From: Geosiphon pyriformis uo1
Lineage: Eukaryota > Fungi > Glomeromycota
DNA: 51,934 nucleotides
Assembly (NCBI GenBank): GCA_016748015.1
Contig: JAAOMT010000638.1
Coordinates: 138,353-190,286, forward strand
Reading direction: 5' to 3'
Positions 23,949 to 37,926 of this stretch are shown here, piece by piece (the stretch's first letter is position 1; each line of letters starts with the position of its first letter). The position numbers and the translations under genes are program-made. Below the pieces are notes generated by a model. That model saw only the letters and a list, made by a program, of their open reading frames with translations. It was not told the DNA's origin and ran no database searches.

Positions 23949-25957
23949 TTAAAAAGTGAAAAATGGGTGTTGGTGAGAATAAATAGGAGTTTGTGGAAGC
24001 AAAAATAAAATTTACGCGTCGACCTTTTTTAGAAGAAGGGCGGTAACGCGACAAATTTTGCTAACGGTATTGCCTTCATTGCACTTCAAATATTTTTTCA
24101 AAAATAGTTTCACCTTTTGGAAATTTTTGATCGCAATAAAAATTGACAATAATTTTTATCAATCACCAAATTTAAGTTTTGATGCTCAATATTGAATTTG
24201 TGAATTCATACGCAAAAATAAATTTCCAAATTTTTCTGATTTTCTTAAATGAATTATGTGATTTTAAAATAACATAATGCAATTTAATGCTTTCATTTAA
24301 ATAATAACGAAATTCAAGTTCGGCCAAAATTAGAAAACACTCCACCATTAGCATTGCTTCAATTATTTTCTAGAGTACAGCAAAAGGTCGAACGGAAAAT
24401 CAAAACAGATCTGTTGGTGTATCCCCACTATCCTTTAGATTCGATACAGGTGATCCTTGGATTTTAAGAAAGAATTAGCAAACTTCTGATGTAACCCACT
24501 CAACGCCTGCGATTGTTTAGCATTAGAAATCTTGTATGTATTGCTTTTTTTAAACCTTTCAAAACGCAGGTGATTTGAAATTGCTCACTAAATGCTATAT
24601 ATCAAAGGACAGAATTATTCTTAAGAAGGATCCATATCTTGTGTTCAATATATGTTTGAACGAAAGCTATTATTCCTGCATATTGAAAGTATTGATGTTT
24701 AAAAGAAACATTTTCAAATTAGCCAAACATGGTTTAATATATTTGTCAATCCTAAAGTTATCAAGCAGCAATGGAGTTTATCGTCATCCAACATTTAATA
24801 AGATTCCTTGCGGGATCAAATACATTTATTTTACAAAAACTCTTTAATTGTGAAAACACCAAAACTTTTTCATTAGAAACATTTGATGCGTTACAAAGCG
24901 TCTCAACTAATGATACGCGGAAAAATGGAGATATGTCAATTTTTATGCAAATAGTTTTGGCTGTGTTGATGAAACTCGAATGCTCCAATTCTCCAAAAAT
25001 CTACATGTAAAGAATCAATAACAACCAAAAAAATAAACTTGTAAAGAAAATTCTCAAGAATGAAAAAAAATTATTTTTAAATTGATGAAATTTTAGGGAA
25101 AAGAATCTTTTATAAGACGTTCATCACATAATTTTTAGTTGGCAACACAGAACAGTTAAAAAATAATCCATTGCAATCGTTATCTTATTCCTCGACGGAA
25201 TTTTAAACAGTTAGTTTTGGTAAGATTAGTTTTAGTCTTTGCCATTATTATCAAGCAATATAATCAAAAAGAATTTTATTTTCTTAAATGCAACTATTCA
25301 CAGTTAAAATTTTTCTATTAAAATACGTTCAGGTTTTTCAGCTAGATAATAATCTTTGATACTGATAAGCCAAAACAAGCTCGATTTTTGAAATTCCTGT
25401 GTTTGTTTTTTCTGGGTTTTCCCTTTTTTATAAACAAACAATGAATTGCATGTTTCAATAAACATTTTGGTTATTAATATTTTTCGGTATCTAAATAAAT
25501 TCCAACGCATGTATAATAAATAATAAACGTTTCAACTATATAGTTTTGTCTTATGAATTAAAAAGGTTGAGACGTTTATTATATGTGCCACCATTTTATG
25601 ATTCATTTAAAATTGAATGATAAACAGGTCAAACTTGGAACAACTTGCAGTGAAATACTTGATTCAAATGACTAAAATTTTGAAGTAAAAAATTTACATA
25701 GAAATGACAACGATAAACTGTATAATTCATTAGGATAGGGTTAAAGTTTTCGCATTTTTTTGATAAAGGGATCCCGAAAATAAGAAAGTTTTAAAATTAC
25801 GAAAATTGTAAAACGAATATAGTCATGGGAAAAAGCGTGTAAAGTCCATATCAAGAGAACCTTTAACAAGCATGTTACATCACATACATCGTCGCTCATT
25901 TAAAGAAATTTTCTTAAACTCTAATGTTTGAAAACCTGGTAATATAAACTTGAATCA

Positions 25958-28406
25958 CTACGATGCGACATCTAAAGCCGCTTTTGAGGCATCGTTCAAT
26001 GCTTCTCCCAAAGTAAGATGAAAGAATTTTTTTGAAGATTGTTGTACGTGAATGTTAGGTTCTGGTTTTTCTCTAATGTTGGCATTGGTAGCCATTTCTA
26101 CGTCAAGTTGTTTAGACATTTGTTCTTTTGATGTAGTTGATGTTGATTGTGAGTCATTATGACCGCCAATATTTACATTTCCATCAATTGAATCGAAGCC
26201 ACCGGCTATTAAAGCATCTTGAATTTTTTGGTCCAACAAATTGGCAAAATGAAACTCCACCAAGTGCCCAGAATATTTATTTAAAGCATTTCGAATGTCT
26301 ATTAAAGATTGTACACCAGTAGAATCGATGATACCGACTGCTGAAAAGTCAAATACAGCAGCTTTTAGTCTTGGTAAAGTAGCATTGGCAGCTTCATCAT
26401 CATTTCGTTTAACACCAGCGTCATTCCATGGACGATCTCCTTTCTTTTCTGCTCTTTTGAAATAACTTCTTGTTTTTACCTTTGCATAATCCACTATTTG
26501 ATCCTCCAAGTAACTTGAATTAGGATAAGTCAGTGACTCGTCAAATCGAAATATTAAAACACCTTCAGGTGGATTTTGAGCATCGGGAAATGATGGATGG
26601 TGAAGGGCAACGTACGCATATCTAGGTGGTTGATCTGGACTAGATTTTTCCAGTAGCAAAAGTCCTAAAGATTCGAAACGAGGACGAGCGATTCGCACAA
26701 GAAGCACCAGCAAAGCAAGACCAGTTGAAGCATAAATACCAACCTATTATTTACAAAAATTTGCAAGGGGTGAGACAGATTAAGGGAGACTCGGAAGCAT
26801 TCAAAAATAAATAATACTTACTTCGACACTAAAAAAGTAAGTGAAGACAATACCAACAAAGAAAACCGCAAAATCCCAGACTAAAGGAAAAAATTGAATT
26901 TTTAAATTAGTTTCCTCATTTTATAATATTCATAAAGTAAAAGCTTATCAAACCAACTTACATTGTATCTTCCAAAGACTTTTTATATATTCAGGCGGTG
27001 ATAATAAATCCAGTACAGCATGTATAATCACAGCACTATGTTGATACAAGAAATTAGAAAAATACATCTTTAGTTCTATCTCAGTATAGACAATGAATGA
27101 TTAAAAACTTACGCTAGAGATGAGTCAGGAATATAATAGAAAGCAGGAGTCAAGATATATAGAGCAAGAATAACCAATGTGCCAGAGAAGATACCGGCAA
27201 GTGGGGTTCTAATACCAGATTTTGATGCGAGTGCACTGCGCGAGAAAGAACCAGTAGCCGGGTAAGCACCGAAGAATGACGAAACGAAATTTGTGGTACC
27301 GATAGCAATCATCTCTTGACTTGGATTGACTATGAGCAAAATAGTTAGATATTATTTTCTAACATATTTAAATTATTTTATCACAACTCACTTTTATAGT
27401 TGTTAATTCTTCCAAAACTTTTTGCAATTGCAACATGTTCCATTATTAATATGAGAACGATAATTGGAAGATATTCGCCAGTAGCACTTATCATCTGATG
27501 ATTCAATGTGGGAACTTTGATAGCATCAAGACCAGAAGGCACCGTTTTTAGAACGGATATGGGAAGATTACTGGTATTACCAATGATTGAGAATGAGATG
27601 AGCGTGGTTAAAAGAATGACCCCGATGTTTCTCATGATAGAGATAAAACTTATAGCTCGGTTCCATCTTGGATAACGTCTGCTGGAAATTTGACAACCAT
27701 ATTTGATCGTGTATAAAATAAGAAGTGATGATAATCCCATCACTGCATCAATTCGTGTTTTCTTGAGAGCGCCAAATGTATTACTCAAGACGAGATAAGG
27801 TGCTTTTTTATTATCAATGTCTTTTATACCCAATAATTTCGGTATTTGACCAATCGCGATAGTAAAAGCAGAACCAGTAGAAAAACCGGCAATTACGGGA
27901 CTAGGAATAAAATCTACCAAGATACCAAGATGTAGAATACCAAGAGCAAAAGTGATCACACCGGCGATGAAAGTAATAGCACTAGCAATTTCAGGATTCG
28001 AGTATCCATAGCCCTCAATATCAAATTTTTTTTGAATTTTAATAATTGATTGACCAACTAAAAGTGACATTATAGCCGTAGGACCTATCATGACATCCTT
28101 GGATGTGGCAAAGAGGGGATAAATACAGACACCGACAAAGGATGTGTAAAGACCATATTCTACAGGTAGTTCTGCAATTTTCGCGTAGCCCATACCCTGT
28201 GGAATGACCACTGCACCGATTGTAAGACCGGCAATAACATCGGCCGTGAGCCAGGTTAAATTATAACGACCGATCCAATTGATAATTGGAAACAAAGATA
28301 TTATGTATTCTTTGGCATAATAGGGTAAATGAGTAACTAAATCTTTTACTTTATCTTGAAAACATGGACGAGATTGCGTGTATAGATAATTAGAACTGTT
28401 AGACAT
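25958..28406 (-). CDS. sulP: SulP/SLC26 sulfate permease with STAS domain, paralogue A (716 aa); exons 28406-27392, 27329-27113, 27035-26962, 26880-26822, 26743-25958
   Basis: Motifs DVIAGLTIGAVVIPQGMGYA, GLYTSFVG, IGPTAIMSLL, EHVAIAKSF, NPSQEMIAIG, YPATGSFSRS and STAS DFSAVGIIDSTG. Four GT-AG introns; spliced length 2151 nt is in frame. Confidence 0.95.
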
Positions 28407-31400
28407 TGAAGCTCAAAAATTTTTGTTAATTAAGTTGTTGAAATTTTTTTTCAATAAAAAAACTTGGAATTAATAGTCGCGAGTGAGAGGTTTGATCGGT
28501 TTTAATATCTATTTATATTTTGAAAAAAACTTTTTCGATCAATGTTGATGTTACTATTGATAAATTTATGGGGTTTGAGGTTTTAAATACAATCAAATTA
28601 TACTAGCGCTATCAACCTTGATAGTCAGAAACCATATGCGCATACAAAAGGTCAGGCGGAAAATCGTAATCAATCGATGAATAATAAGAAATGTTGAAAG
28701 AAAATTTCGTTTTTAATGTTTTTACCTCATTGTTTCAAGTTCGTAAAGAAAATCTGTGTTTTTAATTTCTGATAACTAAGAATCAACCCTTTTTTTGAGA
28801 GAAAAGTATTGGACAGCATTTATCGATCGCATCAGGTAGTAAGAATTAAAGGAAAAAGACGCCTACCTGCTAAGATATCCAACCAGCTAATTGTTAAAAG
28901 GTGTTTTTTTTTTCATTGCCTATGAAACGGAATTAGATGTAATTTTTCTATATGTTAGTAAATAGTATGGTTAATTTTGCAAAAAAAGAGGATTCAGTCA
29001 ATTTATCTTTGAGCTTCTCATATTTTTAACTAGCGGTTTCAATTATTTAGGAAATTAGTGCCATAATTGGAAATCAGTTTTTTTAGGAACCATTTGATTC
29101 ACACTTCCTAAAGCAGTTTTTATAAAATTTAAAAAATCATATTGTAATTACTATTTTAGAAAAAAGTTTTTAATCATTATAATGATTACTGTTTACAATG
29201 AAATAATTTCAAAATTGGAACAAGCCAATTATTCAACTATCAATTAAAAGGAATTATAAAATTGTAAAATTTTAATTTTGAGTATGGAATAATTATCTAG
29301 TTGAAGAGTCAATAAAAAGTATTATCATTAGTCATAAAATAAATTGTGTAATTAAAAATAATGGTATGCAAAATTTTAACAAAAGAAATCAAAAAATATT
29401 TATAAAAATAAGTTTTGGCAATCAAATGTAAAAACTTTTGAAATATTTTTAACAATAAAAATTTATTAAATCTTCCTAAAATTTAAATTTCGAATAAAAA
29501 TTAAGCCTTAAAAAACATAATTTACTAAAAACAGTGAGAGTTTATTTTGTGCATTAAACAATAAAAAGAAAATACCATGCGAAAATAAAGTTTAAGAATC
29601 GAAATTTCGTTGTAAAAAAAATTTATTTGATATTAGAAAAAGTTATTTCTATACAATTTATATGAAAAGTTTTACTGTTATTAATTTTGAAAAATATGAA
29701 ACATTATAACTTAATCAAAAAATGCAAATTTAATATATGATAATCAAGAAAACAATGTAATAAATTTCTATTTTCTATTTTAGATTCTAATTTTATTTTC
29801 TTAATCCAATTTCTTCTTTAAAAACAACTAATATTTCATTATTGTTGTTAGCTATTGAGAATTTTGATTTTGATTTTTTTTTTGTTAAATATAAAAACAG
29901 TATATTATGTCAGAATATTTTTGCCAAAAATGGTTAAAGTTAACAAAAAGTCAGATTGATTAAAAATTAAGTATAAATATTTTTCAAAAATAAACGAGAA
30001 ATAATAAAATAAACTATTCATTGAAATTTTCTAATATATTTTTAAAAACTTTATTAATTTTAAATATTATCTTATGTTTAATAAGTAGACTAAATTTTAA
30101 ATTGGAAAAATTTTGAATTATCAAAGATTAAAATTAATATTTTTTTAAAATATTTTGATTTTAATATTTTGATGTAAACTTTTATAATATTGAATAATAA
30201 TAATAATAATAATAAATTGAATCTTGATTCATTATGAAAAAAAATTTTTTAAGCAAAATTTTTATTTTATTTTATTTTAAATAGTGAATTAATAGATGTT
30301 GAAATCATATTATTATAATTTTTTTAAACAAATTTTTTTTTTAAAATTACAATATTATTTAAAAAATTCAAGTTACATATATAATACAAAAGAGATATTT
30401 CAAATAAAATTAAGATTTTAAATATTTACAAATTATTTTATATTTTTTTCTAAGTATTAAAAATAATAAATATATATTAACATATTAATAAATTTATTTT
30501 GAAATATAAAAGTACATTTTTAAAAAGATTTTTAAGATTTTAAAAATAATATGGTTTAAATTAAACTTATTTATTAATTTATTATTAAAGAATATATATA
30601 TTCTTTTTATATTTCATTATATTTAAAAGAAAATGAAAAAATAATAATAACAATAATTATTTAAAATATTTTTAACATAAAATAAAAAATTTGTATTAAA
30701 AAAAAAACAATCAATAATAAATTTAATAAAATAAATCGCATGATTATTAATATTTTAATAGAATTTTCAGTATAAAAAGAAAAAATATATTTAAATCTGA
30801 AACTATTATCAAAATAATAATAAATTTTCATGCAAATTTTATTTTTTTTTAAAAATCCACAAATGATTTTTAAGGTAAAATATATTTTGATAAAAATCCA
30901 ACATTTTTTTTTAAATTTAGTTTAAGCACGAATGAAATTTTTTTATTTTATTTTCCCTCAAGAATTTTAATTTGTGTTTTAAATAAAATTTTAAAGATCT
31001 ATATTTCCTCTTCTCTCATTTCCAATTTCAAATACAAGTAATTTTTTATATTATAAAATAACTTTAAAGTTTATTCTATCAAAAGACTTTTAAAATAAAA
31101 TAAAACAAAACAAAAAAAATACACTGGTATAAATAATTTGAAAAATCAAAATCGATTGTTTGAAGTTTTGCAAATAGACCTTTTAAAATATCTGAAGAGG
31201 ACTGTAAAATACTTTGATAATTTGGTCGAAATCTTTGAAATCTTTTGTATCGATGATAAAATCTTATCGATTCTTTTTCTTTGAACTTTTTCTTAAAATA
31301 TGATACATGTATTACATTACCGATCGATTGGCACCAAACTATATATATTCGTTTACACAGCCACTATACAATTTCGAGACCAATTGATAATTTCTTTAGA

Positions 31401-32137
31401 TCTGAATTGTGTTTCCATTCCAAATCATGTTTGAAACTTTCAACTACTGATCATATCTATTGATGTATTCCCACAGCATAAAAATAAAAAAAATGGCCGA
31501 TGTTAAAAGCTCGCACACAATCTAAACATGCAAATCAAGGATCAACAAAATATTGCGTGCTTTTTATTCCTAATTATGTGATTTTCAACGGGGGCCTTAA
31601 AATTCGGAATCGTTCCACTCATATATTTATTAGATTTCATCGTTTAATCATCTTGCATTTTAAAAAAAAAAACTATACTTTAAATGATTAAATTTTTAAT
31701 TGACATTTGAATTAATGGTTTCTTAATTTTCTCATTTTGAAGAAAAATGTAAAAGATTTTTTTTTCCAAATGGTATTATCAAGGTTATTATTAAGTTGGT
31801 CATGATCAAATTTTGGAATTTGGAAATTCAAGAAAGAATATATGAACGTAAATTGATTCAGAATAAAATTTCATTTCCTCATAGGATTTACACTTTTTTT
31901 ACATATATGCTATAGGAACATACACATTCACAACTACATGAGCATTAAAATCAAAAATTTAAATTTTCTTAATATAAAAACCTCTAATAAAGTGAAATTG
32001 AATTAAAAACAGAAATTACTCAACAGTTCAAATCTTTTTTGCATAAAATCTTTTTATCAAGCCAACATAATTTTTTTTCATAAAATTCCTATTGAAAATA
32101 ATCTCCTTTAAGCTTTTTCCTGAAACTGGTCATAATT

Positions 32138-32158
32138 TCAATCAATCAATCAATCAAT
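32138..32158. repeat. (TCAA)5 microsatellite; opposite-orientation (TTGA)5 at 33192-33213
   Basis: Direct reading. Confidence 0.85.
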
Positions 32159-33012
32159 TAATTGTGGATACTGGTAAGGTTCGACAATTAAGAGCTTTAA
32201 ACTTCTTGATATCACATTAATCAAATTAAAAAACCTTTCAAACACGTTATTTTAATTTCCGTTTTAATGTTTGTTGAAACGAAAACGGAATTCAGCAGGT
32301 CTTTTTTGTTTGCTTATCATAAAATGGCTTAATTTCGATGAGACAAATTTAAATTTAATAAAATAAAGTATCTTTACAGAATTTAATTTTTGCTCAAAAA
32401 AGAATTTTTGTTTTTTGGGGTAATTGATGATTGTGTATACAGCTTTCATTGATCGATTTAAAAATTAGATTAACATTTCTTTAAAAAGAAAAAAAAAACG
32501 TTTTTTTTTCCCGAAAAGTTTGAATAGATTTTCTATACGTTAAATCTTGACATTAGCCTGTATTACTCCCAGAACTTTATTGTATCATCTCTTAAACCGG
32601 GAAAAGATTGAGAAAGTTTTTACATTTTGTTTATTCCCCAAATTTTTCTGCGTCCAAAAATAATATTAAATAATATTAGGTGTCAAAACGAAACAATGAA
32701 TTATGCTCTGGTACCCCTTTAAGGTTGGATAACAAATCAATCTTATTAATGCAAATCCTAGTAAGATTTTCATAAGCAGTAGTTTCTTACTAATAATTCA
32801 TTTTTTGTCAGAAAAAAAAGTTTTTTTTTATTATGATAGATTGTCAAAATTATAATTGCTTTTAGTGGGTGAATAAAAAATTTATTTTTCTTTACACAGC
32901 GAAAATCCTGCTCTACAAGGAAGCTAAAAAATTTACTCACAAAATGATCGAAAATTCCCTGTCACTTAACACCGTTTCCAATATATATAGTTCAATTGGT
33001 TTTAAGAATGAT

Positions 33013-33053
33013 CTCGGATAAATAGTTTTAAGATAAAAAACTATTTATCCGAG
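33013..33053. other. Perfect 17-bp inverted repeat with 7-nt spacer (hairpin/cruciform)
   Basis: ctcggataaatagtttt-aagataa-aaaactatttatccgag. Confidence 0.9.
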
Positions 33054-34720
33054 GTAAACCTTTATGAAAAAAATAATTTTTCTACTATTTGAACAAGATA
33101 AAATATAAAGTAGAATTACCAAATTTAATAGATTTAGTTTTACTTGTAATAAATTTATCATTTCATACCGTAATCACAACTTCGGAAAAATTTGATTGAT
33201 TGATTGATTGATTGGATTGGATTTAGATACGCCAAAAATACTTCAAAAAAGAATTCCGGCAGGTTCATGACAAAAACATTTGATAATATAGGGAATTTTG
33301 AAATTTTTGCAAATTAGATTCTTTTTTTTTGAAACTTCCATACTTAAAGCTAGCTCATAATCTTTTTTAGTAAAGTCAAAGGGCAAAAATGTTTATCACA
33401 TAATTCATTTATCAAATCATAATGAAAGCATTCATTCATTCAGATTGGTTCAAATTACATATTTCTAACATACCCGACTACTAGGTTTCCCCATCAAAAA
33501 ATATTTACTGCATTTAAATTTGTGGCACTATCAAAGATCTTTTTTTTTTTTTTCGAAAGTTTGGTATTACCATGGCCAATAATTTTAATTCACACAACTT
33601 GTAAAGAAACTAAAGGTTAACGCCGAAACTAAAATGAGGACAATATTAAGCCTTTTTTAACAACATTAAAAATTCTGAATCTCCTGTTAAATTATGAAAA
33701 GTTAATTTATAAATCAGGAAATAAGGTTACAACGTATTAACCGAGAACCAATGCGAAGAAAATAGACAATCTTTAAAAGAAAAAGGATAGAGATTCAGGA
33801 TGAAATAAAAAACTCAACAGGGTTATCAGAATTAAAATGACCCATGATCATTTGTGTCTTAATTTGGTTTAAATTAAAATCCCAACAAAAAATCTAGTAA
33901 ACCATTTACCAAAAATATTACAGAACCTTAATATAATAGATGACAATCTATTTAGGTGTTTTTTCAAAAAACAAAAAAAAAAAACTCGCACAAACGAACA
34001 AAATTAAAAAGATTCTTTGTTAGCACTTTGGTTAAACATTCATTCTTCGAGAATCTTCGATAATTCAAAATCATTTACTTTTAGAAAGGATCACTATGTA
34101 TATGTACATGTATATTTCCTAAGCATCATCAAATATACATGTAGAATGATAGATGATTGACAAGAGAGTGTTACATTTTCTTATTCCAGCAGGTTTTTTA
34201 TTTAAAAATTCCACAGATCTACATTTCATTACGAAATTTTTTTTTCGCCCAAACACAAATTCATATTTGGACATTCATAAGGTATTCCTACATCTTTTGT
34301 GTCAGCATTCTATGCTTAAAAATTGTACCCAACTCTCAGATCAGCTACAGAAAATTTTTATGGAATCACACATGCACTCGCGTGCTCTAAGCTTAAAATG
34401 ATGTGATTTACACTAAAAATTTTGGTTACTCATGTGAACATAACAAAAAGTAAGATGTGTTACCCGCTATCGGAATATTTTTTAGTTATTCCCCCCCCCA
34501 TTCATTTTTAAATATAAAATTTGTATTTTAGGAATTCTTTTTTCAATTTAATTGAAATTGTAAAAATACTCGGAGGAATTAAAAATTGGTATTACAAAAA
34601 TTAAAAGATGCAATCTTTCTTATTAGTGAACCACCCGCAATTAGGAATTTTTTTTTGGTATTCTTTTTCGATGTCATATGATATTTATTTTTTTGAATTT
34701 TTTAGAAATCTTTTCAAAGA

Positions 34721-34776
34721 TATTATTTAGCATTTTGTGCAGGATCAGTATTCTTTAGCATTTTGTGCAGGATTAG
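34721..34776. repeat. 28-bp tandem duplication
   Basis: tatt(a/c)tttagcattttgtgcaggat(c/t)ag occurs twice in tandem. Confidence 0.9.
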
Positions 34777-35462
34777 AAATGAATCTCCTTGACACTTTTT
34801 GTTACTTTTTTTTTTGAACCACTAAAAACAAGCTATATGTCATTTAAATATAAAATTTTAAAATTACATCTCGACTATTCTAATCTGGCCAAAAACTTTT
34901 TATTCAAAGCAAAATTTTAAATGAAAGACTACAGCAATCAAGAATGTAACTAGCAAAAGTTTTTAGTATTAAATTATGCTTGCTCATTATTATTTATCTT
35001 GAGAATAATTTTATCAAACCGTTCTTTGAATTTCCTCAATAAAGAAGACATTAGTATATTTGAGGTTCCTGGTTTTTATCAAGCTTATAATTAATTTTTA
35101 AAAAAAGTCGTTTATGTGACTTGCTGGCATTTTATTAATGAAATATATCCATCCGAAAACAAAAACAAAGTCATCTATTTTCGTGGAAATGCAGTTATTA
35201 ATTTTTGAGTAAGGTAATGTTCCTAACGTATTCATAAAATGATTAAAAAATGGATGCTAATCCGAAGATATATAATGTAAAAATAGAATAGTACAAGTGA
35301 AAAAAGTAAAATTTAAAAGTCTAATAATTTCTTGTTTTTTACAAGTGTGCCCCCTGTGATTAACCATTTTCTAATGCATCGATTCAATTTTTTTTTGAAT
35401 ATTGCTAATTATTGAAAACTCAAGTATTTTATTCGATATAGGATAATTTTTGGTGTGTACTC

Positions 35463-37926
35463 CTATGGCACATTTGAGGCAGCATTCACTGCCTCTTCCA
35501 AGGTGAGATGGAAGAATTTTGTTGGGCCTTTTTGCCGATCCTCTACAGCCCCTAATTTTTCATCAATGTTACCGTTGGCTTCTACGTCAAATTTGGATGA
35601 TTTTGCCGGTGTTGACATTGATAATTGTGGCACAGGATGACCGGCAAGGTTTACGTCTGAATCGATTAAATTGAAGCCACCGGCTATTAAAGCACCTTGG
35701 ATGTTTTGATCTAACAAATTGGCAAAATGATATTCCACCAATTGTGCAGAATGCTTGTTCAATGAGGTTCGAATGTCTAGCAGTGTTTGAACACCGGTTG
35801 TATCAATTATACTGACTGCTGAAAAGTCAAATACAACAGCTTTTAGTCTTGGTAAAGTAGCATTGGCAGTTTCATCCTCAGTTCGTTTTGCACCAGCATC
35901 ATTCCATGGACGATCTCCTTTCTTTTCTGCTCTCTTGAAATAACTTCTTGTTCTTTTTTTTGCATAAGTGACTACTTTATCTTCCAAGTAACTTGAATTA
36001 GGATAAGTCAGTGACTCGTCAAATCGAAATATTAAAACACCTTCAGGTGGGTTTTTAGCATCGGGAAATGATGGATGGTGAAGCGCGACGAATGCATATC
36101 TAGGTGGTTGATCTGATTTAGATTTTTCCAGTGGCAAAAGTCCCAAAGATTCGAAACGAGGACGAGCGATTCGCACAAGAATCACCACCAAAGCAAGACC
36201 AGTTGAAGCGTAAATACCGATCTATTTTTTGCAAAAAAAATGTGCAAGGAGTGAAAGTTGAAGGTGAGAAATTTGAGACAGATTAAGGGAAACTCGGAAG
36301 CGTTCAAAAAATAATAAATAATACCTCGATCGTCGAAAAGAAAATGACGACGACACCAACAACGAAAACTGCAAAATCCCAGACTAAAGGAAAATTTTGA
36401 ATTTTTAGATTAGTCTCTTCATTTTATAATATTCATAGAGTAAAAGCTTATCAAACCAACTTACATTGTATTTTCCAAAGATTTAATACATACCGGGGTG
36501 ATGATATTAAATCGAGTACAGCATGTATAATCACAGCACTATATTGATAAAAGAAATTTAGAAAAATATATCTTTAGCTCTATCCCAGCGTAGACAATGC
36601 ATGATTAAAAACTTACGCTAGAGCTGAGTCAGGAATATAATAGAACGCAGGGGTTAGGACATATAGACCGAGAATAACCAAGATGCCGGAAAAGATACCC
36701 GCAAGCGGGGTTCGTACACCAGATTTTGATTTAAGCGCGGTTCTTGAGAACGATCCAGTAGCGGGGTAAGCCCCCAAGAATGAGCCAATAACATTTGTGG
36801 TACCGATGGCAATCATTTCCTGACTTGGAACAACTAGAATAAAATTTTAGGAAGAGAATGATCCTTTAAAATTTTATTCAGTTTCATTGAAAAACTATCG
36901 TAAAAACTTACTTTTATAATTGTTCACTCGTCCAAAATTTTTTGCAATCGCAACATGCTCCAATATCAATATGATTACGAAAATGGGAATATATTGAGTG
37001 ATCCCATGGAACAAATCTTTTTCGAATTTCGGAACTCTGATATGATGAAGACCGGAGGGTACATCTTTTAATACGGATATTGGAGGACTACTCTTATGTT
37101 TATGGACGACCAAGAATGATATGAGTGTAGCCAGAAATATCACGAAGATGTTCCTCAAAATTGAAGTAAAAAACCAAACTCGATTCAATTTTGGATAACG
37201 TTTGCCGGCATATTGGGTGGCGTATTTAATTAGGTATAGAAGGAGAAGTGAAAATATCCCCATCACTGCATCAATCTTAGTTCTGTCGAACGCTCTAAGC
37301 GTTTTACCCAAGACCAGATAAGATGCTTCTTTATTGTCAATATTTTTTATGCCCATTAATTTTGCAACTTGACCGAGGGCGATTGAAATAGCAGAACCGG
37401 TAGAAAAACTGTTAATGACGGGACCAGGAATAAAATCTACCAAGATACCAAGACGTGCAAGGCCGAGACCAACAGTAATAATGCCAATAACGAAAGTGAT
37501 GAGACCAGCAATGTCAGGATTTGAGTAAATGAAACCATCAGTCTTGAGTTTTTTTTGTATTTCAATAATTGTTTGTCCCAAAAGAAGCGACATCACCGCA
37601 GTTGGACCAATCGTGATATCTTTGGAGGTGGCGAAGAGAGAATAGAGAGAGACACCAACAAAAGATGTGTAAAGACCATATTCTACTGGTAGTTCGGCGA
37701 TTTTCGCGTAGCCCATGCCCTGTGGAATGACTACTGCACCAATTGTAAGACCGGCAATAAGATCGGACGTGAGCCAGGTCAAATTATAACGACCAATCCA
37801 ATTGATAATTGGGAAGAGGGATAAGAAATATTTTTTGGCATAAGTGGGGAAATGTTGAAATTTATCTGATAAAATTTCTATTATGTTTGGACGAGGCTTC
37901 GTGAATGGGTAATTAGTTTGAGACAT
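35463..37926 (-). CDS. sulP: SulP/SLC26 sulfate permease with STAS domain, paralogue B (707 aa); exons 37926-36912, 36833-36617, 36538-36465, 36383-36325, 36221-35463
   Basis: Same motifs as paralogue A (DLIAGLTIGAVVIPQGMGYA, YPATGSFSRTALKSKSG, DFSAVSIIDTTG). Exons 1-4 have the same lengths as in A (1015/217/74/59); spliced length 2124 nt is in frame. Start assigned to ATG 37926 by alignment with A. Confidence 0.95.

Noticed and set aside
24575-25010. Overlapping 75-90 aa ORFs
   Set aside because: No motif; overlapping on both strands; unsupported.
32138-33213. Inverted (TCAA)5/(TTGA)5 as transposon TIRs
   Set aside because: Simple repeats with no extended complementarity, no TSD and no symmetry around the hairpin.
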